Origin: Candidatus Bathyarchaeia archaeon
GTDB lineage: Archaea > Thermoproteota > Bathyarchaeia > Bathyarchaeales > Bathycorpusculaceae
Length of the DNA stretch: 64,000 bases
Reading direction: 5' to 3'
Assembly (NCBI GenBank): GCA_038883715.1
Contig: JAVZLS010000001.1
Span: 64,001-128,000, forward strand
Of the stretch, positions 8,997 through 18,904 are shown piece by piece. The notes beneath the pieces are model-generated. The model was given only the letters and a program-made list of their open reading frames with translations. It was not told the DNA's origin and searched no databases. A program made the translations under genes and the position numbers. Numbering within the stretch: the first letter of the stretch is position 1; each line of letters opens with the position of its first letter.

Positions 8997-9815
8997 CTAT
9001 TTACTCTCTGTTTTTTGAATGATCAGCGATGGGAAGGCGCGTTGGCAAGCCTTCAGTATTGGCGGTCCAAGCAGTATTAAGAATGGAATTTCTGTGGCAA
9101 ACGTCCAAATAAGCCAAAGCAAAGCGGCATAGAACGGCAAAGGAGAGCCGCCGCCGCCGACTGCTGCTGGAAGGACGAATATTTGGCTGTAAGCCCAAAC
9201 TATTAAGCCTATAATTGTGCTTCCAACAATAAGCCCTATTACCGAGCCTAACTCATATTCTCGCCATTCAGGCCATAAATATCCAATAGCTACGGCGATT
9301 ATGAAGGCGGCCACCATTATTGCTGTGAAAAGGTTGAGCCCATTAATAATTGGATTTGCTCCCTCCATAAGCTTCGTGAAGTTTTCTTGATCTATTAATC
9401 TGTTATTAACTATCTGTGGTATGGTAACGTAGGAGATTGTTGCAAGCGAGCCGAAGGAAATTATTAGGCATCCAACGCCAGAGACAGCAATGAGCTTTGT
9501 CCAGTCTATTTTTTTTCTACTTATGTAGCCAAGTAGATAGAAGCCTAAAAAGTTGGCTGTAACCCCGGCACTTAAGCTTAATAAAGGGTCTCCGTGGATT
9601 AGCATGTCACTTATGAATATGCCTATAGCTGCGCCCAGTCCCCCGACAAGCGGACCAAAAAGCACGGAGAAAACCGCTGGCACAACAACATTCGGCCAGA
9701 ATCTCACTATGCCTATGCCTGGAGTTACTATTGGAAGGAACAGGTAGATTATATAGCCTGTCACGGCATATAATGCTCCGCAAACGGCACTTTCGGCAAT
9801 CTCTAAAGGCTTCAA
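8997..9815 (-). CDS. ECF transporter S component, possibly for a CoA precursor
   Basis: Multi-TM with LFGPLVGGLGAAIG motif; first gene of the coupled run with pantoate kinase and coaD. Confidence 0.75.
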   Translation of the reverse strand: MKPLEIAESAVCGALYAVTGYIIYLFLPIVTPGIGIVRFWPNVVVPAVFSVLFGPLVGGLGAAIGIFISDMLIHGDPLLSLSAGVTANFLGFYLLGYISRKKIDWTKLIAVSGVGCLIISFGSLATISYVTIPQIVNNRLIDQENFTKLMEGANPIINGLNLFTAIMVAAFIIAVAIGYLWPEWREYELGSVIGLIVGSTIIGLIVWAYSQIFVLPAAVGGGGSPLPFYAALLWLIWTFATEIPFLILLGPPILKACQRAFPSLIIQKTESK

Positions 9816-9927
9816 GTTTAACCGCCTACTGGGTGGCTAAAGCTTGTTTTTAAATAAAGATTTCGTATATTTTGTTTAAATATGTTTAAACTTGTTTGGA
9901 AAGCGTTTTTGTTGAACTGTTGTACTG

Positions 9928-9969
9928 TTATGTGTAGCTCTGTTCTACGCACAAACCATCATATTTAAA
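9928..9969 (+). promoter_or_regulatory. palindromic site TGTGTAG-N7-CTACGCA plus TATA-like box upstream of the major pilin
   Basis: Inverted repeat 9931-9951; TTTAAA at 9964-9969; near-identical copy at 10591. Confidence 0.7.
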
Positions 9970-10004
9970 CAAGGCTGAATTTTTGGCACGGAGCGAAAAA
10001 GAAA

Positions 10005-10535
10005 ATGAAAATGTTAAAGAATAAAAAAGCGCTGAGCACAGTGGTGACTACACTGATTGTTCTAGTGGTCTCGGTGCTGTTGGCGACTGTTGTGACGTTC
10101 TACGCCATAAACGTCACAACCACAAGAGTACAAGAAGAAAGCCTACAAATAACGAATCTGCACGTTTGGTGCGACTCAAGTGGTACAGCCTCAGCAGCCT
10201 TTGTCATAACTAACACTGGCGGACGAGACGCAGTCATAGACAAAATAACAATAAGAGGTGTTAAGGTCACGGACATATGGTATAACGTCACTACTGGAAC
10301 GCCAGACCCCGGATACTATGGTAATTCAGACGATCTAAATGCTACCGGCTATTACACAAAACTTGGCGCGGGCGAATATTTGATATTGCGTTCTGGTAGC
10401 CGCATGGTCGTCTATCTCTTCGGCCTAAATCATATATCAACAAGCGACATTGGTGTAACTATCGGCGTGGTTGTTTTCACCGCCAACGCCCAATATCACA
10501 AAGAAACAAACGTTGAAGCCGCCCCAACAAGTTAA
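10005..10535 (+). CDS. type IV pilin/archaellin-like protein, probable major pilin
   Basis: Class III signal peptide KNKKA|LSTVVTTLIVLVVSVLLA; has its own promoter and terminator. Confidence 0.85.
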   Translation: MKMLKNKKALSTVVTTLIVLVVSVLLATVVTFYAINVTTTRVQEESLQITNLHVWCDSSGTASAAFVITNTGGRDAVIDKITIRGVKVTDIWYNVTTGTPDPGYYGNSDDLNATGYYTKLGAGEYLILRSGSRMVVYLFGLNHISTSDIGVTIGVVVFTANAQYHKETNVEAAPTS

Positions 10536-10542
10536 AAACCAA

Positions 10543-10561
10543 TCTCTCTTTTTCTTTTTTT
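10543..10561 (+). terminator. oligo-T archaeal terminator after the pilin gene
   Basis: TCTCTCTTTTTCTTTTTTT directly after the stop codon. Confidence 0.6.
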
Positions 10562-10590
10562 GGCTTATTGTTGCTATGAATTTTGCATTC

Positions 10591-10632
10591 TTATGTGTAG
10601 TTTTGTTCTACACACATTATCTTATCTTATAA
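10591..10632 (+). promoter_or_regulatory. palindromic site TGTGTAG-N7-CTACACA plus TATA-like box upstream of the pilus assembly operon
   Basis: Perfect 7-bp inverted repeat 10594-10614; TTATAA at 10627-10632, same offset as in the first copy. Confidence 0.7.
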
Positions 10633-10689
10633 CAGCCTCCAAAGGTTTTTGATTGGCTAGCCGTTGGCAAGAGAGGAGACTGTTAAAAG

Positions 10690-11517
10690 TTGCGCATAAT
10701 AGGCTTAGGAGGGCTAATTGGTTCGAGGAAGGCTCTGGCTATTCCAGTCACCTACCTTATACTTTTTGCCTCGCTCATCGTCATAATATCCGCCACCTAC
10801 GGCTTTGCCATAACCCGGATAAGCGCAAAAACTGCCCAATTAAGAGTTTCAGTTGCGAAGCAGAACATGCAGGCTTTGGATGATGCTGTACGCTCTGTGG
10901 CTTGGTCTGCCGGCAGCTCAAAAACTATCTACATGGAGGACTGCGGAGGCGCTTTTCGAATGCAGCCAGCAGCCAAAAGTCTCATTGTAAACTTGACGGA
11001 TGGGCAGGCATTTTCCCGCTTGGTGTTTAATAGTTCTGTTGGTAAAGCCTTTTACATGCTTGAGGGCGTGGCTGAAAGCTACGAAGGTGCATATGTTAAG
11101 GGTGACAGTCGGGCAATGATAGATCAGAGCGCCTTTACAGTTACGCAGCTTTACTTTGAAAGGGGCGAAAGCGCACAACAACTTGTCCTATGCTACAGGC
11201 CGATGACAACTGTTTTGACGGCTGGCACAAGCAATGGAAAACCGCTTAACATCATACGTGTATACATAATAAGCCTAAGCTCTTCCCAGACTTTTTCGCT
11301 TTATGGAAGCTTCCACCTAAAGGTCTCAGCATTGAACATCACTTCAACAGTTGAGCTTTTTACGTTCAACAGTTCGGTCTCTTCCCTTGCTTTGGAAGCC
11401 CTTTCAGAAGGCGTTAAAACAACTGTTTGGCTTCCAGTGGAAAGCACTAGTGAAGGCGCAGTTGTAAGCCTCGAAGTTGTCGTCTGCCACATACAGGTTA
11501 GGAGGGTTAACGCCTAA
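10690..11517 (+). CDS. minor pilin-like protein
   Basis: SRKA|LAIPVTYLILFASLIV class III-like signal, beta-rich body. Confidence 0.65.
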   Translation: MRIIGLGGLIGSRKALAIPVTYLILFASLIVIISATYGFAITRISAKTAQLRVSVAKQNMQALDDAVRSVAWSAGSSKTIYMEDCGGAFRMQPAAKSLIVNLTDGQAFSRLVFNSSVGKAFYMLEGVAESYEGAYVKGDSRAMIDQSAFTVTQLYFERGESAQQLVLCYRPMTTVLTAGTSNGKPLNIIRVYIISLSSSQTFSLYGSFHLKVSALNITSTVELFTFNSSVSSLALEALSEGVKTTVWLPVESTSEGAVVSLEVVVCHIQVRRVNA

Positions 11518-11985
11518 ATGCCAGCTATAACGCCTAGCTACTTATACACTTTCTTCGCCATAATCGCCGTGGGCAGTATCCTCCTAGTCTCCTTTATGGG
11601 CTATGCCAACGCCATACGCCTCTCATCGGAGATGGGCAAACTAAAGGATTTAGTGGATTTGGTTGCTGCCAAAGCTACAGAACTCATAAGCCTTGCCAAG
11701 GCGGCAAACACAACAGCCGAAGTCTTCATCCAGGCGCCAGCAGCCATTGGCGATAGGCTGTACTGGCTCATGCTCGGAAACGATTCTTCAATGGTTTGGG
11801 TTGAAGGCGGATTGGGAAATACGCCAATAGCCGAGGCGGGAGTACGCGTTTATCTTCCAAGCACGGCTTTGGCTTATGGCTATTATGTTAGTGGTTATGG
11901 GGCAATCCTCCTAAAATGCTCTATGAATCAGGAAGCTGGAATCATCGAGGTTCAGCTTTCAAGCTCAAGCCAAAATGGAGGGTGA
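11518..11985 (+). CDS. pilus-associated protein with N-terminal hydrophobic helix
   Basis: MPAITPSYLYTFFAIIAVG; abuts both neighbours in the operon. Confidence 0.6.
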   Translation: MPAITPSYLYTFFAIIAVGSILLVSFMGYANAIRLSSEMGKLKDLVDLVAAKATELISLAKAANTTAEVFIQAPAAIGDRLYWLMLGNDSSMVWVEGGLGNTPIAEAGVRVYLPSTALAYGYYVSGYGAILLKCSMNQEAGIIEVQLSSSSQNGG

Positions 11986-13591
11986 AAAAGGTTTGAAGTT
12001 TGCATTAAAACTTAAGAAGGGCGGGGCGGAGGCGGAATTTAAGGATTTAGTGGGTGAAGAAGCCGAACTAGCCGGTTTCATGGAAGCTCAGAAATGGAGT
12101 GTTCCTGAAGGCTATGTGGAAGTGGAATACTACCCTTTAAAGCCTCCCTTCTCCTATGCAGCCATAATCCAAAACGAGGAGACACTAGAATACCTATACG
12201 TTTTAGACGAGCTGCCCTTGGCAAAGGAGGAGAGGGATGGCTACCATAGGCTTAGAAACATTTTGGAACTTGAACTTCAAGCCCCAGAAGGCGAGGAAAC
12301 CCTGGCAGAGTCTTTTAGGCGGCAGATGCCAGAAATTCTCGCAAGACACCGCAAAGTCCATGAGGGAATATCCCCCATAGGCGTGAGGAAAATCCTCTAC
12401 TACCTCGAGAGGGACATTGTTGGATATGGCAAAATAGACCCGCTAATGTATGACGATTATGTTGAGGATATTGGATGCAGCGGCGTCAACAAGCCCATAT
12501 ACCTTTGGCATAGGAAATATGAAAACATTAAAACAAATATTGTTTTTAGGGACGAGCAAGAACTCGAAGACTTTGTTATGCGGATGGTTCACAAGTCTGG
12601 AAAACACGTTAGCATAGCCTTCCCAATAGTGGACGTAACACTGCCTGAAAAACACCGCTTAGCCGTCTCCTTCGGCAAGGAAACAACGCCATACGGAACA
12701 GCCTTTACCATTCGAAAGTTTCGCAGAGACCCCTTCACAATAATAGACCTTATTGAAAACGAGACCATAAACGAGAGCATAGCCGCCTACCTTTGGCTTT
12801 TAATGGAGAACAAAATGTCAGTCATGATCATCGGGGCTACGGGTGCTGGAAAAACAACAGCCCTAAACGCCATCGCCTGCCTCATAAAACCCAGCTACAA
12901 AATAATCTCCGTTGAAGAAGTCGCAGAAATAAACCTGCCCCACGAAAACTGGACTTCGACGATTGCGCGGTCCGGCTTCGGAGTGGAAAGCGAGGGCGAA
13001 ATAACCCTTTACGACTTAATCAAGTCCGCGGTGCGCCACCGCCCAGACCTAATAATTGTAGGCGAAGTCCGCGGAGAAGAAGCCTATGTGCTCTTCCAAG
13101 CCTTAGCGACTGGACATGGCGGCTTGTGCACGCTTCACGCTGAGGATGTTGACACCGCTATAAAGAGGCTTACCCAGCCGCCCATGAATATCCCAACATC
13201 GATAATTCCGCTTATGAACTGCGTAATCACGGTTAAGCATGTCAGAACCCCTGTCTTCCTAGAGTCTGGGAGGAGGCTTTCAAGCCGGAAGTTCATCAGC
13301 GTCACGGAAATAAAAGACTACAATAGTTATCAGGAGGTTTTCAACTGGAACCCTTCCACAGATACTTTTAGGGAAAATTTGACTGAAAGCTACCTGCTCA
13401 AGAAAATGGCTGCAAGCCTAGACATTCCAGTTGAAAGGCTTATTGACGAATTGGAATATCGCAAGCGGGTTCTAGCGCACATGGTGGAGCACGGCATCCG
13501 CGACTACAGAAGCGTAAACAAAGTCTTAAGCAAATACTACAACAACCCAGAGCTTTTCCAGAGGGAATTTCTGGGGAAAGGCGGGTGGTAA
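11975..13591 (+). CDS. type IV pilus assembly ATPase (FlaI/TadA/VirB11 family)
   Basis: GYGKIDPL, TIRKF, Walker A GATGAGKTT, RHRPD, VGEVRG, TGHGG. Confidence 0.95.
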   Translation: MEGEKGLKFALKLKKGGAEAEFKDLVGEEAELAGFMEAQKWSVPEGYVEVEYYPLKPPFSYAAIIQNEETLEYLYVLDELPLAKEERDGYHRLRNILELELQAPEGEETLAESFRRQMPEILARHRKVHEGISPIGVRKILYYLERDIVGYGKIDPLMYDDYVEDIGCSGVNKPIYLWHRKYENIKTNIVFRDEQELEDFVMRMVHKSGKHVSIAFPIVDVTLPEKHRLAVSFGKETTPYGTAFTIRKFRRDPFTIIDLIENETINESIAAYLWLLMENKMSVMIIGATGAGKTTALNAIACLIKPSYKIISVEEVAEINLPHENWTSTIARSGFGVESEGEITLYDLIKSAVRHRPDLIIVGEVRGEEAYVLFQALATGHGGLCTLHAEDVDTAIKRLTQPPMNIPTSIIPLMNCVITVKHVRTPVFLESGRRLSSRKFISVTEIKDYNSYQEVFNWNPSTDTFRENLTESYLLKKMAASLDIPVERLIDELEYRKRVLAHMVEHGIRDYRSVNKVLSKYYNNPELFQREFLGKGGW

Positions 13592-13594
13592 AAG

Positions 13595-15094
13595 TTGCAA
13601 GTTCAAATCGGCAAGCCTAAAATTTTTGGGCGAATGCTGAGCCGCTTCGTAGAAGAGGATACAAGCGAAATAAACCGTGAGCTTCCTTTTGCCGCCTTGC
13701 TCTTTACAATATTGGCTGCCAGCGAGGTAACCCTATACGAGAGTTGGAAAAAACTCTACGCCATAGAGCAACTGCCCCAATTTAGGAAAGAGGCAAGGGA
13801 GGTCGTCAGACAAGTTGAGGTTTTGGGATATGACCCATTAACTGTTATGCAGAAGCGGGCTGAAAAAACAAAGTCTAAAAATTACCGTGAATTCCTATTG
13901 GGCTATGTTTCAGCCATCAGAAGCGGCGGGAACATCATAAACTTTCTTAAAAGCAAGCTTCGATCAATATTTGATGTTCAAAGCTCCGCCGCCATCCGTT
14001 CGATAGAGAGACTTGGCACCCTTGTGGAAGCCTACGCCGTCATGTTAATCGTAACCCTATGCTCTTACATACTCTTCATAGTTTTCTCGACAACATCAAT
14101 ATTTGAGCCGACGAGGATTACTGGAACCCCAAGCATATCCACAGACGTTGTCTGCCTCCTAATATTTCTTTTAACCCCGATGATTTCGCTGGTTTTCATG
14201 ATAATCGCCCACATAGAAAGGAAAAGTAACCTTATTGGGCTTAGGACTCCATACAAAGTTGCAGCCATAGCCATAGTCGCCGCCAGCGCCTTTATAGCAT
14301 CCATCTTCATGCTCCCCCAACTTCAATTCCTCAGAAGCCCCCAAATTCTGCCCCTTGTATTAACAGTATGCTTGCTTACGGTTTCAATTCCTCCAGCGAT
14401 AATCTACATGGAAATTGCCAGAATAAACAATGCTGCTGAAAACGCCATGCCAAGCTTCCTAAGAGACGTCACAGAAGCCAGAAAAACAGGACTTTCGCCA
14501 GAGAAAAGCATAGTTCACGCTACGAAGCGCCCGGGCTATGGAAAATTCTCCGAGGTTCTGAGGCTTGTAAGAAGCCAGATAGAGTGGGGTGTACCCCTAA
14601 GAAAGATATTTGCGAGCATAAAAAGGAAGCTTCAGACGTGGCCTGTTTTGGTGAACTTCCTCATACTTGTCGAGACCATTAAAATGGGCGGGGGCTCAAG
14701 TGTAGCCCTAGAAATTTTGACGGAGTACAGCGAAAAGCAGAAGGATGTTGAAACCAACAAGAAGTCCTTGCTTAGGCCTTATGTTATTTTGGCTTTCATA
14801 TGGAGCGTTCTCATAGCCCTAACCACAACAATGGTTGCCTTAACAGTTTACACTTTGACGAGGCTTTCGCTTCCCGGCGCCACGCCGGTGTCCTTTATTG
14901 CTATGCAGGAGCAGATGAACCTCTTTTCTTTGGGTATATTGGTGCAGTGTTGGCTTTCAGGCTTCTTTGTGGGCAAGGTTAGTGAAGGAACTTTTGCTGC
15001 TGGTTTCAAGTATTCAGCCATGCTTGTCTTGACGGCACACATTTCGCTGGCACTCTCACAGAGCTTGTTAGGTGGAATGTTTGGGCTTGTTTAA
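13595..15094 (+). CDS. pilus platform membrane protein (T2SSF/TadC/FlaJ family, two domains)
   Basis: ELPFA... and AMPSFLRDVTEARKTG T2SSF repeats, multiple TMs, follows the ATPase. Confidence 0.9.
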   Translation: MQVQIGKPKIFGRMLSRFVEEDTSEINRELPFAALLFTILAASEVTLYESWKKLYAIEQLPQFRKEAREVVRQVEVLGYDPLTVMQKRAEKTKSKNYREFLLGYVSAIRSGGNIINFLKSKLRSIFDVQSSAAIRSIERLGTLVEAYAVMLIVTLCSYILFIVFSTTSIFEPTRITGTPSISTDVVCLLIFLLTPMISLVFMIIAHIERKSNLIGLRTPYKVAAIAIVAASAFIASIFMLPQLQFLRSPQILPLVLTVCLLTVSIPPAIIYMEIARINNAAENAMPSFLRDVTEARKTGLSPEKSIVHATKRPGYGKFSEVLRLVRSQIEWGVPLRKIFASIKRKLQTWPVLVNFLILVETIKMGGGSSVALEILTEYSEKQKDVETNKKSLLRPYVILAFIWSVLIALTTTMVALTVYTLTRLSLPGATPVSFIAMQEQMNLFSLGILVQCWLSGFFVGKVSEGTFAAGFKYSAMLVLTAHISLALSQSLLGGMFGLV

Positions 15095-15109
15095 TAAAGC
15101 CTCTAAAAG

Positions 15110-16186
15110 GTGAAAGCCGTGCCGGCAATATCCATAGACACTTTTTTCGCGTGTTCCCTAATGGTTTTGCTTGTGCTATCGGCTATGACTGCCACCGCTA
15201 GCCTCCTTTACCAGCCTATAAGCGGCTCCTTTGGAGACGAAGCCTCTACAAGATATGGAGAAATCGCCAAATACATACTGCTGAACACTGGAAAGCCAGC
15301 AGATTGGGGGAAAAGTAGCCAAACAGTTCCAGAGGAGTTTGGCTTGGCAGACGCTGAAGCGGCACATCCCTACACGCTTGACGTGGACAAAGTTTCTAGG
15401 CTGAACGGCGAAAGTCTTCACGCTTTAAGTTATGCCCAAATATACACAAGTTTAAAAATTCCAGATGTAGTCTTCAGAATCGAGATAATACCATTATTTG
15501 AAACATTTGTAAATCTCATCGCAAACTATGAAAGTGAAGGCGAAGCAATCTACGAGTTTGAAGTTAAAACCGTGAGAAGCGGCGTCAACGTGCCAACAGA
15601 ATTAAGACTCTATGTCATCGCTGAAAGTCTTTTGCAAGACTTGGGTATTTACAGTTCTGGTGGTGAAATCCGCTTAAATGTAACAATCCCAAACAGCATC
15701 GATGGACCAGCACTGCTTGTTGTTTTAGCAAAATCCCAGTGCGACGCAAAAATTGTTTCCTTCGCTGTTTACGCTTTTGCCCACAACTCCCAAAATCCAG
15801 TGTCAAAGGGTAGTTTTTTGAGGCTTTCCCCGTTAAACCACACACTAACTGTTGTGCTTAATAATCCAAACATAGTTTTGCTGGACGTTTATGCTTTAAC
15901 CTTCAGCTACTCCTTAACTTTAGAGAAAACGACAAGTCAAAACCAGTCTGTCACATTCAACATTCCAAAAATTTTGGACGCAAGTCCAATAGTGCTAGTT
16001 GCCAATGGACGGAATTCCACACAGTTCTTTGTAGAGTGGACTGTTTACCCGCAGATACCGGTGGCGATTGGCATAAGCCCAGCAGAATCCACAAGCCTAG
16101 CAGATGTTTACGCTTACACATACTTGGTCACCATAAACTCCGCGTTGTATAAGTGCACGGTTTGGCTTGGAGGACCAAAACAGTGA
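15110..16186 (+). CDS. pilus-associated surface protein
   Basis: N-terminal hydrophobic helix (PAISIDTFFACSLM), LLNTGKPADWG motif, operon context. Confidence 0.6.
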   Translation: MKAVPAISIDTFFACSLMVLLVLSAMTATASLLYQPISGSFGDEASTRYGEIAKYILLNTGKPADWGKSSQTVPEEFGLADAEAAHPYTLDVDKVSRLNGESLHALSYAQIYTSLKIPDVVFRIEIIPLFETFVNLIANYESEGEAIYEFEVKTVRSGVNVPTELRLYVIAESLLQDLGIYSSGGEIRLNVTIPNSIDGPALLVVLAKSQCDAKIVSFAVYAFAHNSQNPVSKGSFLRLSPLNHTLTVVLNNPNIVLLDVYALTFSYSLTLEKTTSQNQSVTFNIPKILDASPIVLVANGRNSTQFFVEWTVYPQIPVAIGISPAESTSLADVYAYTYLVTINSALYKCTVWLGGPKQ

Positions 16187-16605
16187 AAAACCAGGAGAAG
16201 GGGCAAATCAGGATAATTGAGGCTTTTCTAGCCGTATTAATAGTCTTCTCTTCATTGGCTATTTCTGCAAGCCTAACAACAGAGCATAAAACCGCAGAAT
16301 CCAGAGACTTGACATCTGTTGGAATGCAAGCCCTAATAAAACTTGATTCTGATGGAAGCTTAGACGTCTACATAGATTCCGGAGACTGGTTTGGACTGCG
16401 GGAAGCGTTAAGTCTTCTCCTTCCAGAGGGCGTGTCCTTCAACTTAACCGTCTATGACGAGGGAATGCGGCAAATAAACACTGAAGCCATAACAAATGGA
16501 AACATCAACGGCCAAGAAGTAGCCTCAATAAAATATGTTTGCGTAAGCCGAAACCCCAACTTCAAGTATTATGTGATTTATCTGCAGTTGGCTGTGGTTA
16601 AATGA
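16183..16605 (+). CDS. minor pilin-like protein
   Basis: GTG start at 16183 after GGAGG; EKG|QIRIIEAFLAV class III signal. Confidence 0.7.
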   Translation: MKNQEKGQIRIIEAFLAVLIVFSSLAISASLTTEHKTAESRDLTSVGMQALIKLDSDGSLDVYIDSGDWFGLREALSLLLPEGVSFNLTVYDEGMRQINTEAITNGNINGQEVASIKYVCVSRNPNFKYYVIYLQLAVVK

Positions 16606-17378
16606 AAAGGCTTGGAAGACTTGTGAAAGCAAAAAGTTCCGGTCAGCTTCTGATAGTGGCAGCCCTAGCAATAGCCATACTCATATCCACAACAACAGCC
16701 TACGTTTACGAGGTTAGCAGACAAAAGCCATCAGTCTCTCAAAGCTTTCCATTGGCTGATTTCGTTTTAGCTATAAAGCAAGGCTCAAGAAACGCCATAA
16801 TAAGCGCACTAGCCAACATCACAAACGGGGGAGAAAAAGCAGTTTTGGCTTCAAATCTTAATGGTTTATCTCAAGCCTACAGAAGCCTAAACGCTTATGG
16901 GCTTTATTACCTATCCCACTCGGTTTTAAATGATTCGCGTTATGTGGACGGCTTTCGGCTTTCGTGGGAAGAACCAAGCGGGTTGGGCATATCAAGCGCC
17001 TACGCAAACTTCACATTGGAATTTTATGGCTTAACGGAGAAAATCACGCTAAGCTACGCCATAAACATAACAACAACGATAAGGCTGAAAGGCTATTGTA
17101 CATTAAATGCTTCTGAAAAAGTCGTCAGCTTAACATGCCAAGTCTTCAACGAGGAGAAGCCAGCACTGGCCAAAAATATAACGGTCTATTATGAGCTGGA
17201 CGGAATTTGGGTTCCAACCAACTCGTCAAATAACCTCTCCATAATAGATTATGGTAATGGAACCTATGCCATATCCTTCACGGTTAGCACAGATTCAGAT
17301 GATGTGCGGGTTTCGGTGCACGTCTATGATTTGCGAGGCATATTTGTTAAGGCAAACTTGACATGTGACAAAGCCTAA
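16602..17378 (+). CDS. minor pilin-like protein
   Basis: KSSG|QLLIVAALAIAILI class III-like signal; several NxS/T sequons. Confidence 0.65.
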   Translation: MKRLGRLVKAKSSGQLLIVAALAIAILISTTTAYVYEVSRQKPSVSQSFPLADFVLAIKQGSRNAIISALANITNGGEKAVLASNLNGLSQAYRSLNAYGLYYLSHSVLNDSRYVDGFRLSWEEPSGLGISSAYANFTLEFYGLTEKITLSYAINITTTIRLKGYCTLNASEKVVSLTCQVFNEEKPALAKNITVYYELDGIWVPTNSSNNLSIIDYGNGTYAISFTVSTDSDDVRVSVHVYDLRGIFVKANLTCDKA

Positions 17379-17414
17379 AGATGATTTTCGGCTGAATTTT
17401 CGTGTTCCTTAAAT

Positions 17415-18155
17415 ATGGATTATACCACTTCTAAATTGAAAAATGAACAGAAGGCTTGTGCTGAGATGAGCGAGGCAAAGGCTTGGCGTCACGTTTTTAC
17501 GCTTTTAAAGTTGGCGGAGCTTGGGGCCCACAGAAGAACGGCGAAAATTTCAACAGAATACCTTGCGCGGAAGCTCGGCGTTTCCCAGCAGTCTGCGTCC
17601 CGCCACTTAATAGAGCTCGAACATAAGGGCTGGATTAAAAGGACGATGACACCGGAAGGATGCCTAATAAAAATGACGGAGTCTGGCTTAGCAGAGCTTA
17701 AGAGGCTTTACTCGAGCTTACGCTTTCTAATGGAAGCCACATATCCGCCGTCAATAACCCTTGAAGGCGTAGTCTTCACTGGATTAGGCGAAGGCGCCTA
17801 CTATGTGACAAGAGACCCGTACAGAAGGCAGTTCATTGAAAAGCTAGGCTTTGACCCCTATCCTGGGACGTTGAACCTAAAACTTGTAACGGACTACGAC
17901 GTTAAAACCCGCTCAGAGCTTGAGGCTTACCCAGCAATAGAGATTGAGGGGTTCAGAAACGAGAACCGCACCTTTGGACCGGTGAAGTGTTACCCGGCAA
18001 TAATAGAGAACAAGGTGAAGGGCGCCTTTGTATCAGCCTTAAGGAGCCACTATGACGCGTCAGTTATAGAGCTTATAGCACCTATATGCCTAAGAAAGCA
18101 TTTAGCCCTAAAAGATGGCCACAAGGTGAAGGTGGAAGTTTTAACCCTTCCATAA
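17415..18155 (+). CDS. ribK: CTP-dependent riboflavin kinase with N-terminal wHTH (RbkR type); start probably ATG 17466
   Basis: HTH LARKLGVSQQSASRHL; GLGEGAYY, GFDPYPGTLN, IELIAP. Confidence 0.92.
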   Translation: MDYTTSKLKNEQKACAEMSEAKAWRHVFTLLKLAELGAHRRTAKISTEYLARKLGVSQQSASRHLIELEHKGWIKRTMTPEGCLIKMTESGLAELKRLYSSLRFLMEATYPPSITLEGVVFTGLGEGAYYVTRDPYRRQFIEKLGFDPYPGTLNLKLVTDYDVKTRSELEAYPAIEIEGFRNENRTFGPVKCYPAIIENKVKGAFVSALRSHYDASVIELIAPICLRKHLALKDGHKVKVEVLTLP

Positions 18156-18164
18156 AATTTTACG

Positions 18165-18653
18165 CTATTCGCCTCGCCTTCTATAATGCTCTATAATTTT
18201 CTGCTTAATCTTCGAAGAGCTGTCCAGCTCATCCTCGCCAAACTTGCCAATCCTAACAACCTTAATTTTGAGCCCCTTCTCCCTCACATAATCCTTAACT
18301 GCCTTCTCCATCCCATCCTGGTCGTGGCCGACTGCAATAACGTCTGGCTTAATCTTTTCAATAACCTTGCCTATGTTAAAGTCTTCATAGCCCAAAATGG
18401 CTTCATCCACAACCTTCAAAGACTCTACAAGTGCACGCCGCTGGTTTTCAGGTATAACCGGCTTTGAGCCCTTACGTTTTTCAACCGTGCTGTCCCTAGC
18501 CACAATGACAATTAGCTCGGCTTTTTTCCCGCCAGCTTTTTTGGCTTCCTCCAGATAACGCACATGCCCAAGATGAAGGAGGTCGAAAACTCCTGAAGCC
18601 AAAACTACCTTCCGCTTTCTTTTCCGCTCTTTTCCTTTTTCCTCTTTGGCCAT
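18165..18653 (-). CDS. ribL: FAD synthase (archaeal)
   Basis: GVFDLLHLGH, VARD, KPDVIAVGHDQ, SSSKIK; next to ribK. Confidence 0.88.
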   Translation of the reverse strand: MAKEEKGKERKRKRKVVLASGVFDLLHLGHVRYLEEAKKAGGKKAELIVIVARDSTVEKRKGSKPVIPENQRRALVESLKVVDEAILGYEDFNIGKVIEKIKPDVIAVGHDQDGMEKAVKDYVREKGLKIKVVRIGKFGEDELDSSSKIKQKIIEHYRRRGE

Positions 18654-18904
18654 TCAAACTTCACCATTCCCAACATTTTTAAGGAGTCAAGCAGTCCCTC
18701 ACAGTACGCTACAGAAGCGAGGCTGACTTCTAGTTTTCCCTCATCCCTATAATACTTTGCATCTTGCAGATAGGCTTTTGCAAGCTCCAAAACCTGCTTA
18801 ACCTTATCCGTGGAAAAATCGGCATAACCATCCACAACTGTTATCTCATCAAAAACATGGTCTGTGGAAGCGATGTATTTTGCAACAAGTTCTTCTAGGC
18901 TCAT
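18605..18904 (-). CDS. DUF357 family protein
   Basis: AKAYLQDAKYY...SLASVAYCEGLLD; usual neighbour of dph5. Confidence 0.8.
   Translation of the reverse strand: MSLEELVAKYIASTDHVFDEITVVDGYADFSTDKVKQVLELAKAYLQDAKYYRDEGKLEVSLASVAYCEGLLDSLKMLGMVKFEWPKRKKEKSGKESGR

Noticed and set aside
10005-15094. Archaellum operon
   Set aside because: No FlaH, FlaF, FlaG or chemotaxis genes; the accessory genes look like minor pilins.
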